Assembly: GCA_001662655.1 (NCBI GenBank)
Contig: KV460207.1
From: Pseudogymnoascus verrucosus
Taxonomy: Eukaryota
Length of the DNA: 64,000 bases
Reading direction: 5' to 3' (one strand)
Shown: positions 11,339 through 23,362 of the stretch, in pieces
Layout of the letters: every line of letters begins with the position of its first letter
How positions within the stretch are numbered: the stretch's first letter is position 1
Notes under the pieces: generated by a model
What the model was told of the DNA's origin: nothing
Databases searched by the model: none
The model's input: the letters and a program-made list of their open reading frames with translations, nothing else
Made by a program: the position numbers and the translations under genes

Positions 11339-13141
11339 ATGACATCCCCCCTCTCCACCACCATCCCCAACACCGGCATCCCCCTCAACATCCTCGTCAT
11401 CGGTGCCGGCCTAGCGGGTCTCTCCGCCGCCATCACACTATCACAGACAGGCCACGATGTCACGGTGCGTTGCGTTCAGCCCCCTTTCACACACGGCCCC
11501 TTTCCCGATCTCCGCGGTGGTGCTGGTGGCGTAGGCGCTAATGCGTGCGTGCCCAGGTCCTGGAGCAGTCTGAGAGTAAGAGGGAGGCGGGGTATATGAT
11601 CGTCATGGGCTCGAATGCGATGCGTGTGATTAATAAGATTGGTATTTCTCTCTCTCGGTCCCTTACCTTACCCCCTTTGTCGGGTTGCGCGTATGGGGGG
11701 TACTATTGTGGGGTTTTGTGTTAATTGTGTTGTGAAGGCGTTGATGCGAAGAAGGCAGGTACCGTTGATGTGGACTTTGTGAGTGTCGATCTGTGATGTG
11801 ATGTGATTGTGGCTTGGGCTGAGAATGGGTAGATTGAGCGTCGGGATTACAAGACGTTGGAGCTATTGTCGAGTTTGGATGCTGCGAAGGTGGGTTATTG
11901 GATTCATGTGGACAGACGGGGTGGATAGGGGTAATGCTAATAATGATGGATGGATTTCAGGATCCAAAGGCACCTGCGAAGTCGTATTATCGCCCTGACT
12001 TGCACAATGAGCTAAAGAGAGTTGCGCTTCTCGGGTTAGGATGCAAAGCCGCGAAGTTGGTTCTTGACGCGAAAGTCGTCAGTGTGGTAAGTCTTCTTTG
12101 CGAATGAGCCAGACGCAGGAGCAAACCGTCTAATTCAAGAAAGGACATCAACAATGCAAGTGCCACACTTGCCGACGGGAGGGTTTTCAAAGGTGATGTA
12201 CTAATAGGCGCCGACGGCGAGCGTGTAAGTCGTGACTCCATCCTATATGAGACCGCACCGTCACTCACACTCCCCAGTCAATCGTCAAATCCTCCTTCAG
12301 CGAGCCCGGCAGCATCCAACAAGCCCCCTTCAAAATCTTCCGCTCCCTCGTTCCCACCTCCGTCTTCCTCTCTGACGAGCGCACCCGCCGCGTCCTCGAC
12401 CTCTCCCACAACCGCTTCCTCATGTTCTGCCACCCCACCAACTCCCTCGTCTCCGTCCTAATCGGGCGCAACAGCGACCTCATCGACATCGAATGCGGTT
12501 ACCGGCGTCGCAAAGGTGAGAGGGCGATAGATGTGTCTGACCAGGCAGCGATCAGGGCAAGGCTCTTGGAGACGTTCAAGGAGTATCATCCGGATATTAG
12601 GTGTGCGATCGAAACGGCGACGGTGACTACTGATTGGGAGGTATGGAAGTGCAAGCCCCAGAAGCATCTGGCGCAGGGGAAGGCGGTGCTTACGGGCGAT
12701 GCGGCGCATTCTATGGAGCCGACGACTGGGCAGGGTGGGTCGCAGGGCCTTGAGGATGCGGGGGCGCTGGCGGTGTTTTTGAGTAATATTGGGAGCAAGG
12801 ATGAGATTCCGCATCGTCTGGAGCTTCTTGCGAAGATGAGGGGAGAGCGCACGGCGAAGGTGGTGGCGCTGTCGGGGGTGAGACCTGGGGAGGAGGAGAT
12901 CATAAGGAAGAATTATCCCAGACATGCGATTAATCGGTCGAGTATTAAGAATGGGGTTGAGCATATTGTATTTTTGTATGAGTAAGTTTGATTGACACCC
13001 CTTTCCTTTTTGAGATTTGTGGTGGCTTCCCATGGAGGCGCAGAAGCGGAAGAGATTGGCTGACTTGACTGCAGTTATGATGTGATAGAAGAGAGCAAAA
13101 AGACGTTGCAAGCGGCTGCGACGCCGAGGGCCAGCCTTTAA
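11339..13141 (+). CDS. FAD-dependent monooxygenase (salicylate hydroxylase-like, group A), 8 exons, ~428 aa
   Basis: GAGLAG, IGADG and LTGDAAH..P..GQG motifs. Exons 11339-11464, 11557-11641, 11738-11778, 11833-11889, 11961-12086, 12144-12224, 12278-12981 and 13075-13141 sum to 1287 nt in frame. Confidence 0.9.
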
Positions 13142-14046
13142 ATCTTTCAAGTTGAGTAAAGGTCGATATACATGGATGTAGATGGCAGAATTGATCGTTA
13201 TTATGTCAGCTCCTTCACTGTGTATGCACTACGCAAACCTCATATATGATACGTTTCAAACAGAGAGCAATGTAAAAATACTCTTTCCGGGGCATCAAGA
13301 CGTTATAACCTACAGAGCATATCTTACATGAGTGGGGGTCCCTAACCACCTTGCCCCTTGGAAACGGTCAGAAGAACGTATGACGCTCCTGGCACTACTG
13401 ATATCCCTGACGCTGATATTCCCAATGCTGTCTATCCCTGATGCTTAGATGGACCTCTGCACGTCATCTAAAATGGTACGATGCATGTTGATTTCAATCA
13501 GTTCCATAGATTGTATACCACCGTGCTACTCTCGCCACCATTACCATTGCTGCTACCGCCCCCTCTTCTCATCGCCATTACTATTATTGCTACCCCCGGC
13601 TCTTCTCACCACCACTATTATCACCACCACTTTAGCAACGGAACGCCGTCATGTGACGTTCACAAGTTCAGATCGGCGTTGACCAGGTAGAACTCGACCT
13701 TAATGGAGCTCTTCATCCAAGAGGTAGAAACTTGATCTATTGTAGGAGGTTTTTGTAGTTAATGCACGATGCTTTGGTCGGCTATCGTACTGCGCACTTC
13801 AAAGTCAATGCATATATCAGATAGTATTTTACCAGTTCGCTATATACCAAATACTAAGTATACCACTGTAGCACTCGTATCAGAGCCCAGACATAAATCA
13901 TCACGACATAACAAAATCAAACCAGCTCCAAGGCCAAGGGGTATCCGCCTCACCAGTCCAAGCTCCCCCATCGCCAACCCCTCATAACCCAGAAAATCAC
14001 TCAAACAATTTCACCTCAAACACACCCATCAGCTCCATCGCTCTCC

Positions 14047-15882
14047 CTACTCAAACACCTGAACCCTAATCCCATGGCTCCCCTTCCTCACCAACGGCAA
14101 AAAGCTATCCCCATCCAACACCACATCCCCAATCCACGTATCATACAACCCCATCACGCCCTCATCCCCCTCATGTCTCACGCCCTCATACAAAACCCCC
14201 TCCTCCGTCTCCCCCTTCACACTCCCAAACCTCACCCATAACGAGCTAATAACAAGATACAATTCCGACCAGCCCAAATGCATACCCAAGCACTGCCGAC
14301 TCCCCCGCGTAAAACTAAGGAGGTACTTATCCAACCCCTGGTTCAGCTCGCCATTGGAATTAAGCCAGCGCTCCGGAATCCATTTATGGGAGTCAGGGAA
14401 GATCGACTCGTCGTGGTGCAGTTGCGCGACGGACATACCCACCGGCGTATTCCTCGGAATGACCCACTCCCTCCCCGTCCTGCGATCAGTGAAAAATAGC
14501 GGCTCTTCAGCGATCCTCGCCAATCTACCCGCGACACCATAGGTAAGACGCAGCGACTCTTTAATAACCGCATTCAAGTACGGGAGCTGTTCCAACGTCA
14601 CCAGCGGGGTGGGGGCATTGCGGTCCGGGATAGCGGCGCGGAGCTCGGCTTTGAGTCTGCGCAAGGCGGAGGGAGTGCGGAGGAGGTAGAATGTGCTTAG
14701 GTCTAGTGTCCAGGCTGTGGTGAGGGTGCCGGCGAGGACGAGGACTTCGGCTTCATCTGAGAGGCGGCGGACGGATTTCTCTGATTCGGGTAGTTTGGAG
14801 TCGAGGATCTCGTGGAAGATTGTGGCATGGGAGAGGTGCTGGTTGGATGAGTTGGCCCCGGTTTTGATGTCGGTTATTTGTTTGACGATGTGCTGGGGGT
14901 GTGTGTTAGCGGATGGAAAACTGGGTTGAGTGGGGGATGGGAGGAGGACGTACGCGTCTCTGGGCTAGAAATGCGGCGAGGAGGGGGTGGGCGAGTCGGG
15001 TTAGTTGGTCGGGGAGGGATTGGAAGATGGTGTTGAGCCAGGGGGCGTGCTTCATGAAGTTTGCGGCTGTGGAACCGAAGAAGCAGCCGTCGCGGTTGGC
15101 GCGGTCGAAGTCAGGACGCTCTATTTATTTTTGTCAGTGGTGATAAATATGATAGACGAGCAAACGTTTCATACCAAGTCGATGATCGGATCTGGCAAAT
15201 GCGTATTGCATGACAACATCTATACTTTGTTAATTACAGCGGTTATTGGGATTGGGTTCTAAGCTTACCGCTCGTGAATGCTGCATAGAGCCAGCTAACA
15301 TTGAGAACTTCTTCGCTTTCCTTGAAATCCCTGATCCTTTCCAGCATGGTTGAAACACGCTCCTGGATGACTGGCTGAAGCTTTCTCACATTTTGCTGTG
15401 AAAAGAATGGATTGAGCGCAGCCCTCCTGTATTTGTGCAAGTCGTGGTCTATGGTTGCGAACATGGAGTAGTCCATTCCAAATGATTCATAAAACAGAGG
15501 GTATTTGTTCCGCTTTCTGTTGCTAGCGCTGCTGGCATACACCTCATCGTAGAACTCGGGGTCTGAGATGTGGAGCTCGAATGGGGTAATGCGGATGATA
15601 GGTCCATATTGCTTATGGAGCTCGATGAGCTTGAAAGTATACTTACCGCCAAGGATGAGATCGTAGTAGAGTTCATACCTAGCAACGACTATTAGAATAT
15701 ATGTCAAGGCGCGCAGGTATTAAGTGGTCTCACCAAGATGTCAACGCGGCAATTTTTGGGCCTGGGAATTTGCTCAGCGGACTGAGGAACAAACGATAAA
15801 TTGCTCCATAGATAGTGTATAAAGTCACAAGAATGATGAGCAGAGTAATAACGGCATGGTTTTCCCAGTCGAATAGCTCCAT
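14047..15882 (-). CDS. Cytochrome P450 monooxygenase (trichodiene oxygenase/CYP58-like), 5 exons
   Basis: N-terminal TM plus [18 protein letters not shown], ExxR (ESLR), PERW and the heme motif [13 protein letters not shown] at 15882; four GT-AG introns. Confidence 0.93.
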
Positions 15883-16110
15883 GGGTACAAATTTGGCGAC
15901 GCCGAAGTGGTCTGAGGAGATTTTCTCAACGTGATAAAGTCACAGTACTAAGAACAACGATACTCGAGAATAGTATAGCAAAACAACAAAGAGAAAATGG
16001 GCGGACATATATTACGGAGATATATGGCCATGCGAGGGGCACAAGCAATATAGACAAGGAAAAAGAGAAGGGAGGTGATAAGTGACACATATTCCGCCTA
16101 CAGACAAACG

Positions 16111-16152
16111 AGAGGGTTGGTTGAAGAGGGTTGGTTGAAGAGGGTTGGTTGA
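16111..16152. repeat. Perfect 14-bp tandem repeat x3 upstream of the P450
   Basis: (AGAGGGTTGGTTGA)3. Confidence 0.9.
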
Positions 16153-17164
16153 ACCCTGCGCCAGAATTCCAGGAGACTGGTTCAGGGTTCAGGAATTCCC
16201 CATAAGGTAGCCCGACCGGTCGGGCGCTGTTTGGAGACGGAACAGACAGAATTGGGAATAGAAGCGGGAAAGAGCGTGTGCCACAGAGCCAATAAGGTGT
16301 TCCGGGTGCCGTTGGAGGGATTTCCAGAAAGCTGGAAGGAGGGATCCGGGGTATACAAAGTGGGCGAAGTGGCTCGCACGGCCTCGATGGGAGGGATGCT
16401 GCTTGTTGGATACCAGCCCCAGCGGCTGTTGCTTTTAGCCAGATAGTAACCAACAAACAAGAGGTTGGTCGGCTGAAGATTCATTCTCTCGGATGCCACA
16501 CACACCGATAATCTCACACAGCCGGCTCAGCTCAGCTCGGCTCGGTCAGCTTAGATCATCTTGGTCGGCTCAAGTCAGCGTCGATATATAAGCCCACACA
16601 GGGCTTGCCGACCAACCCACAGGCATAGAATTTTCTCGCTCATATACCGAGTGGGACCGAGTGTTTGACAGAAACAAAGGCGAAGCGATTGTCACATAAA
16701 GCCAGGCTTCCCGTAGGTGATTGAAGTGATCTCGAAGGTGACAAGTAAGGCCAAGATGTAGTAGCAGATGCCGCTAGCACCATTTCCGACAAAGACAATG
16801 CCACTGTCTCATTGCTTCCGGGTGTGATTGATTCGCTGAGACGGGAACGAGACTGGATGAGACTGGATGATCAGTACTGTACTGTTAGTCTTCTGTAGTT
16901 GGAAATCCGAGTCTTGTCTAAGAGTTAGCCACAAGAGCCACAATTTGAGGCTGGCCAAACGGAAGTGCATGGCTGGAGATCTAAAAGAAATGATGTGCGA
17001 CGGGGATTTATAAGGTGGACACGCGCTACTGTGGTACCCATACAGTACTGGAAGAGCATTGATGCTATAGCAGTACTCATATAGTAGCACCGTACCATAG
17101 TAGTACTGTACTGACACCAATAGCTCCATACTCCGAGTACAATAAGACAGTAAGTGAAGAGATG

Positions 17165-17216
17165 TAAGACGGTGAGACGGTAAGACGGTAAGACGGCAAG
17201 ACGGCAAGACGGTGAC
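17165..17216. repeat. 8-bp microsatellite (AGACGGYR) x~6
   Basis: taagacggtgagacggtaagacggtaagacggcaagacggcaagacggtgac. Confidence 0.85.
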
Positions 17217-18037
17217 AGGTATCTAGCAAGGGGTTAATATCAGCTTCCTTTCTCCGCATTCCAGCTTATGGTTTTAAGGTACGTACATCCAGTGCGTAAG
17301 TGCCTACGTCGACCCATTTTTATCGATTCTATAGACACCCTAAGCAAGCTTCTATAAAGGTAAAATCTCATAGTATAAAAAAGCTAGGGACGCGATGTGA
17401 TTTAATTATTCGATGTTATATAACTCACTATAAGACAAGACTTAGATACTCAGCTAAAGAGACAGCCTCGGCTCGTACTAATAAACCACGTACCCCCGCA
17501 GCACTCGCGATCTACGCCTCTTAGGGTATGGATCATTGGGCATTTAGAACCCTGGTACAGTAGCTCGGTGCGGGGCATTCTATAGAAATCGACGAGATCG
17601 AAAGTAGCTTCAGCAGTGGAGTAACTTAGGAATGGGTTTATGGCAGTCTGCCACGGAGTATATTGTAGTAGGGCTTATCGATAAGAACACAATGGATCAT
17701 CTCAGACATTGGCTGTTATGTAAGCATGAATTTTGTCTCCATCGAATCTCGAACCTCCTTAAACTTGTGCCTGAGAGATTCACGGCTTTCGGGGTAATTA
17801 TTGGTGTTCTTCTACGTACGCAACTTGTATACGCAGACTGCGTGCGCAACCGATCGCAGCCTGAAAGTTCTCTGGTTTTCTGGTTCTCTAGCGGATCGGC
17901 GCGCATGTCAAAAATATTTCATGTGATAAACGAGGGACAACGACCATATAAAAAAGGTCCACAAACATCAACCCTCAAATCCCAATCGCAGGTTGAAAAC
18001 ATAATTCACCCAGTATAATCTCTCCTGACACATCATC

Positions 18038-19534
18038 ATGTCCAGCACCCAAGCGGCCAGCAAGGCCGACTTCGATGTCATCATTATAGGGGCAGGCATC
18101 TCCGGTATCAATGCCGCCTACCGCGTGCAAACCGAGCTCCCCAATGCCACCTACACGATCCTCGAGGCCCGCGACACCATAGGCGGGACCTGGGACCTCT
18201 TTAGGTTCCCCGGTATACGTTCCGACTCCGATCTCCACACTTTCGGCTTCGAATGGCGGCCATGGCAGGCCAAAAAGGCCTACGCCGACGGCCAGATGAT
18301 CTTAGATTACATGAAAGACGCCGCAGCAGCCTACGGTATCGACGAGAAAATCAAATACCACCACCACCTCACCGCCGCTGACTGGTCCTCCGCCGATCAG
18401 CTGTGGAACCTCGAGGTCACTGCTAATGGCGAGCCTAAGACCCTCACCGCTCACTTCTGTATCATGAGCACAGGGTATTATGATTACTCCAAGCCTCTCG
18501 ATGCCGACATCCCCGGTCTGGAAAACTTCAAGGGGACTGTCGTTCATCCGCAATTCTGGCCCTCAGACCTCGATTACTCGGGAAAGAACATGGTCGTCAT
18601 CGGATCCGGCGCCACCGCCGTCACACTCCTCCCCGTCGTGGCAGAGACAGCTAAACATGTAACCATGCTCCAGCGCTCGCCCTCCTACATTCTCGTGCGC
18701 TCCTCAAACACCCTTCAAGAGCGCGTTATGCACGCCATCCTACCGCGCTGGGTCGCGCTGAAACTAGTCCGATGGACATGGATCATCCTCCCTTGGATCT
18801 TCTTCCGCTTCTGCAAAGCCTGTCCCGCGGCCTCCAAGTCGCTGATGATCGCACTGACGAAGATGCATTTGCCTAAGGGCACGAAGATGGAGCCGGATTG
18901 GGTACCATCTTATAACCCCTGGGAGCAACGCCTCTGTACCAGCCCTGATGCGGATTTTTTCCTGGGCTTGAAGACGGGGAAGTCAGATGTGGTGACAGGG
19001 ACTATTTCCCAGGTGTCTGCTGACGCCATTAACCTCGATGACGGAAGGACCCTGCACCCCGATATCATCGTCACAGCCACCGGTCTCCGCATCTGCTTCG
19101 CCGGCGCGGTCACCATATCCGTCGATGGGGAGAAAGTCGATCCCTCCAGTAAATACATCTGGAAAGGGATGATGGTCCAAGACCTCCCCAACATAGCCTT
19201 CCCGTCCGGGTACCTTCACTCTTCCTGGACCCTTGGCGCCGACGCCTCAGCCATCATGACTTGTCGTCTCATCAAGCACATGCAGACCCAGAATATCAGC
19301 GCGGCGATTCCGAGGCTAAGCCTTGGAGGGGAAGAGGACATGGAGGATAGCTCGTGGAAGATGTCGAGTACGTATATGAGAAGGGGGAAGAGTGCGCTGC
19401 CGAGGGGAGGGGATAGGGGGGCGTGGTGGTCGAGGAATAATTTGTGGAAGGAGCTTGTTGCGGCGAGGTGGGGGAATTTGACGAATGGGTTGGAGTTTGT
19501 GGGGGGGTCGAGATGGGGGGTAGGTGGTAACTGA
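18038..19534 (+). CDS. Flavin-containing Baeyer-Villiger-type monooxygenase (EthA-like), intronless, 498 aa
   Basis: GAGISG, GGTWDLFRFPGIRSDSD, the fingerprint FKGTVVHPQFWP, a second Rossmann GSGATA, and ATG. Confidence 0.95.
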   Translation: MSSTQAASKADFDVIIIGAGISGINAAYRVQTELPNATYTILEARDTIGGTWDLFRFPGIRSDSDLHTFGFEWRPWQAKKAYADGQMILDYMKDAAAAYGIDEKIKYHHHLTAADWSSADQLWNLEVTANGEPKTLTAHFCIMSTGYYDYSKPLDADIPGLENFKGTVVHPQFWPSDLDYSGKNMVVIGSGATAVTLLPVVAETAKHVTMLQRSPSYILVRSSNTLQERVMHAILPRWVALKLVRWTWIILPWIFFRFCKACPAASKSLMIALTKMHLPKGTKMEPDWVPSYNPWEQRLCTSPDADFFLGLKTGKSDVVTGTISQVSADAINLDDGRTLHPDIIVTATGLRICFAGAVTISVDGEKVDPSSKYIWKGMMVQDLPNIAFPSGYLHSSWTLGADASAIMTCRLIKHMQTQNISAAIPRLSLGGEEDMEDSSWKMSSTYMRRGKSALPRGGDRGAWWSRNNLWKELVAARWGNLTNGLEFVGGSRWGVGGN

Positions 19535-20605
19535 AGGAAGGGGTAGGAAGGGAGGGTTGGAAGGGCCATTCTTGTCTTCGATATTGCTTTGGACTCAGCT
19601 CAGGCCGGGTCGGTGTTGATACCCATATATAATTGGTTCTGTGGTAGGAAATAATACACGTATTTACCATATCAATAATTACCATGTCAGAGAGCCGCCC
19701 TGCATCCGAACCGCTCGCAACAGTCCCCACAATGCCTGGAATACATATATATATTGTCAGAACGTCTGTCATGGGAGTATGGAAGGTACGGCAATTCAAA
19801 CGCGAGCAGAAGATTGCGATGTCGTGAAACAAAAATCCGTAAGAGAAAATGGCTAACAATCCAACAGGACCGTAGCTTCATTGATGATCTCCCGTGCGAA
19901 TAGCAAGAAATAGGACGGTGGTGAGAAAGCAGATGTAGCGAGAAAGAGGAACGGTAGCTACAAGTCGGTGTGGTGAGAAAGGGGGAGCGGTGATATTTGG
20001 CGGACAACGAGACAAGCTGGCGCGTTGAGGCAGGCAAGGCCGCGCGGATCTGACAAGCAGTCTAGAAATGTTCTGGCACATCACCGATCGCGCTCTGGCA
20101 TCTTTGAAGTTGGACTTATCTCAGTACAGACGGGACTTTAAAGTCACAAAGAAGGTGGTGGTGAAAAAGGGATACTTATGCGGATACATGCATCCAGACT
20201 GTCTCTGTCCTGTATCGCTGCCTCCAACACTGGAGTCGTACAAGAGCGGCTCAGCTTACCATACCCCTTCAGCAATTTTCAAACGTTTATTCCGAACGGG
20301 TCACATAAACTGACCCCTTACCTTATGTAGCTCCCGGTTGAAGCAAGGGCCCGATCGATTGAAGGGCGGGTCAGGAACATAATCACAAAGCACACCAGCA
20401 GTCACACCTGTACTACAAACGACGATCCACAGCAAAGACGCCAAGACAACAACGTCGTCTTCTCATGCTTTTTCCATTCTCCGATATATACGCCTCATTA
20501 TGCTCAGGGTATCCCATTTGTCCCCGCTCCCGCCCGGAAATCATCGTAGACCACTAAATGCTAATATACAGTGTATGCAAGCCTGATAAAACTCCATCAT
20601 CCCAA

Positions 20606-23362
20606 TCACTCCTTCTCCACTGCAGCCGCATCCCCCTCCACCATAGTGGTATCATCGCCCTCCGCCACGGCGCTCACAGCCTCGGTTGCGCCCTCATCCT
20701 TCGCCACATCTCCCTCCGCCATAGTGGTATCATCACCCTCCGCCACGGCGCTCACAGTCTCTGGTGCACCCTCATCCTTCGCCACAGCGCTCACAGCCTC
20801 GGTTGCGCCCTCTGCCTCTTCAGCGACAGGGGCCTCTTCCGTCTCAGCAGCGTCGGTTTGGAAGATGTATTTCTCGAGCTCTTCGAACGTGCCGGTCAAG
20901 TCGTCGTTAATGAGGATCTTGTCATGGAAGCCTTCAATCTCGGCGTGTTTGATCTCCTCAGCCGCAGTCTCAAGTCTCTGCTTGACCGTCTCGTCGTCGT
21001 CTGTGCCACGAGCGCGGAGGCGCTTCTCCAGCTCCTCCATGCTCCGTGCGTTGAGGAAGATGAAGCGGGCGGGGTAGGACTGGTCTTTGAGCTGTTGAAT
21101 TCCCTTTGTCTTGTCAGCAGCCGCTCATATGTAATAATTAGGGGAGAAAGATTCATACATGAAAGTCCATCTCCATAACCGGGACCTTGCCCGACGCCAC
21201 GATCCCCTCGACGATCTTCTTACTGGTGCCGTAGTCATTGCCGTTGAAGTTGTTGAACTCAAGGAACTGGTCGCCATCGCGCATCATGGCGTAGGTCTCA
21301 GGGGTGATGAAATTGTAGTGCGTTCCATCAACTTCGCCTACCCGTGGCGCGCGTGTAGTGTGTGAGGCCTTGCGACCGAAGAGTTTCGGGTGTTTGTCGA
21401 TGAGCATCGAGATGAGGGTGCCCTTGCCGACGCCGCCGGGTCCGGAAATGACGACGGGGCGTCGGTCGACAGGTGAGATATCACTCGTTCCGTCCATGTT
21501 GTCGATCGGGCTGCTCGTGTCTTTTTCGATCTCGATCTCAGCTACAGGTGGCTTGTCCTCGAAAATATAATCGATCTTCTCCGCGTCGTCTATCTTATCA
21601 AAGGCAGCTAGCTTTGTTTTGCTAGCGACTCTCAGAGCTCTCCAGGTTTTGCTTGCTTTTCCGTAGATGGCAGCTTCTTTTGTGTCGTCGTTGGTTGGCA
21701 TGTCGATTTCCATGTCGTCAAGCGCGATTTTATCTTTGAAGCTCGCTAAAGGAGGTAATGAATAACGCGACGGATCCTTTAATCGCTCCATACCTATGAT
21801 TCCGTCCGCCTCACTCAGAAATCCAAGTTCGAGCGAGCCCATCGGCTTCGGCCTTAGCCGTTTATTTGTAGTAATCTTTTTTGCTGTAGCTTTTGCGGCG
21901 AGGTACTCTTCTGGCGTCACGGCTGGCCTTTCTATAGATGGACAGCTTTCAATCTTCCAGCGCACCCAGTGCTTATCTCGTGATAACACTGTTTCAACCA
22001 TCCGGTAGAAAAAAGGCCCGTCGTAGCCCTGTTTTAAATAGTCGGCTATAGATTTCTTGGTATCCACTGCCCATTTTACATCGTCGTCGCTGAGGATCTG
22101 ATCTTGGTACATTACTGAGAGGTTTTGTTTGGTGGTGGTTGCTTGCTTCTCCTTCGCCTTGCTGCCGAGTGATATCAGGAAATCCATTATAATAAGTGCC
22201 TGAACCAAAATATGACGACGGAATGAAAGATCCTTGATCTCAAGTTCGAACAGGTCTCTGCTAGTAAGGTATTTGGGGTTGAAGATGTGGGCCAAGTCAT
22301 CATCATCCTGTCGTCGCTTTCGCTTGGTGCCCCTATTTTCATCGTCGACAGGCTTGGAAGGACCGCGATTGTTTGATTCGTTCTGTACCGATCGAAACGC
22401 CGTAATCGTCGAAGTTAGCCCTTCTTTGAACTCTTTAAAACGCTGTGTGTCGAACAGTCCTTTTGGTTGACTGAAGCTCTGCTGCAAAGACCAGAAAATG
22501 GGGTATAGATCGTCAGAACTCAACGGCTTCTCTGATTGAGCAGTTGAAGCAGCATTAAAAGTAACCTTCTTGGCTTCTTCACTCATAGGTGTGTCTGCAG
22601 CGGGTCCTGTGGGCGTAGGTTTAACAGCCGCATCAACTTCCATCTGGTCCCCCTGGATTTCCCCTTTCGCAGGTATTTGGTCGAATGTTGTCACATTCTC
22701 AACATGGTATTCGCCCCTCAGATTCACAGAACTCTTGTCGCCCAGAGGGAAACTCTGGAACATGAAAATGAAAACCCGTCCACAGAATGCCGTGTCCTCC
22801 GCCCGTGAGAGTCGTCGTAGGAGCTCATTACAACTTCTCAGTATCGCCAATTTCTTTCCTGCGAAGTCCTTTGCAATTATGCGCTCCCGCCTTGACTCCA
22901 GGTAATCCAAAATCTTCCGGCACCCGGCGATAGTCTGGCTGTCGAGGAGTTCTTCGATGAGCCAGAAGAGCAGGGCTGGGTCGCATTGTCCGTCATCGGA
23001 GAGAGTCGATACGATATCCAGCAGATTCCACACTTGGACAAATTGAGGTTGTTCTATGGAATAAGTGGCCTAGTCCTGGTTAGAATTGGTCGACGTTCGC
23101 AAGTTGTAGGGATCCTCACCAGGAGATCGATAAAGGCGTCTCGGACAGCTATTTCGATAACCGCATATAAAGTTGATTTCTTCGTATCGCGTCTCTCCAC
23201 AAAGTCTGGTAGCTCTTGGAGTCGTCGAAATCCCTCTTCAATGTCCGCTTTCAATATGGGCGGCTCGATACCGTTTGTTCGTTTGACTTCGCTGGCTTGC
23301 GCCAACATATCACCAAGGAGCCCCTTGCACTGATTGACCGCCTCCACTTCGAGAGCCGCCAT
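20606..23362 (-). CDS. THO1: THO complex subunit 1 (Hpr1/THOC1) fused to a C-terminal guanylate kinase domain, 3 exons
   Basis: THOC1 motifs LRSCNELLRRLS..DTAFCGRV, DKSSVNLRG, PKYLTS and WVRWK..C. The same exon continues in frame into a GK domain (VISGPGGVGKGT, SHTTRAPR.GE.DG.HYNF, RLRARG, INDDL). Introns at 23070-23119 and 21104-21158. Confidence 0.9.
20631..20812. repeat. 78-bp coding tandem repeat (2 copies plus a partial) in the THO1-GK tail
   Basis: 20631-20708 and 20709-20786 are near-identical and encode VAKDEGATEAVSAVAEGDDTTM-type units. Confidence 0.85.

Noticed and set aside
13398..13640. Three degenerate 15-16 bp units and a (CCA/CTA)-rich tract giving His- or Thr-rich ORFs
   Set aside because: Low-complexity intergenic sequence between convergent genes, with no coding support.
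17632..18018. 128-aa ORF just upstream of the BVMO
   Set aside because: No motif, and it overlaps the probable BVMO core promoter (TATAAAA at ~17948).
18038..19534. Recent bacterial horizontal transfer of the intronless EthA-like BVMO
   Set aside because: Lack of introns is not diagnostic (RAD26 and the PPR gene here are also intronless), and the family is widespread in fungi. A phylogeny would be needed.
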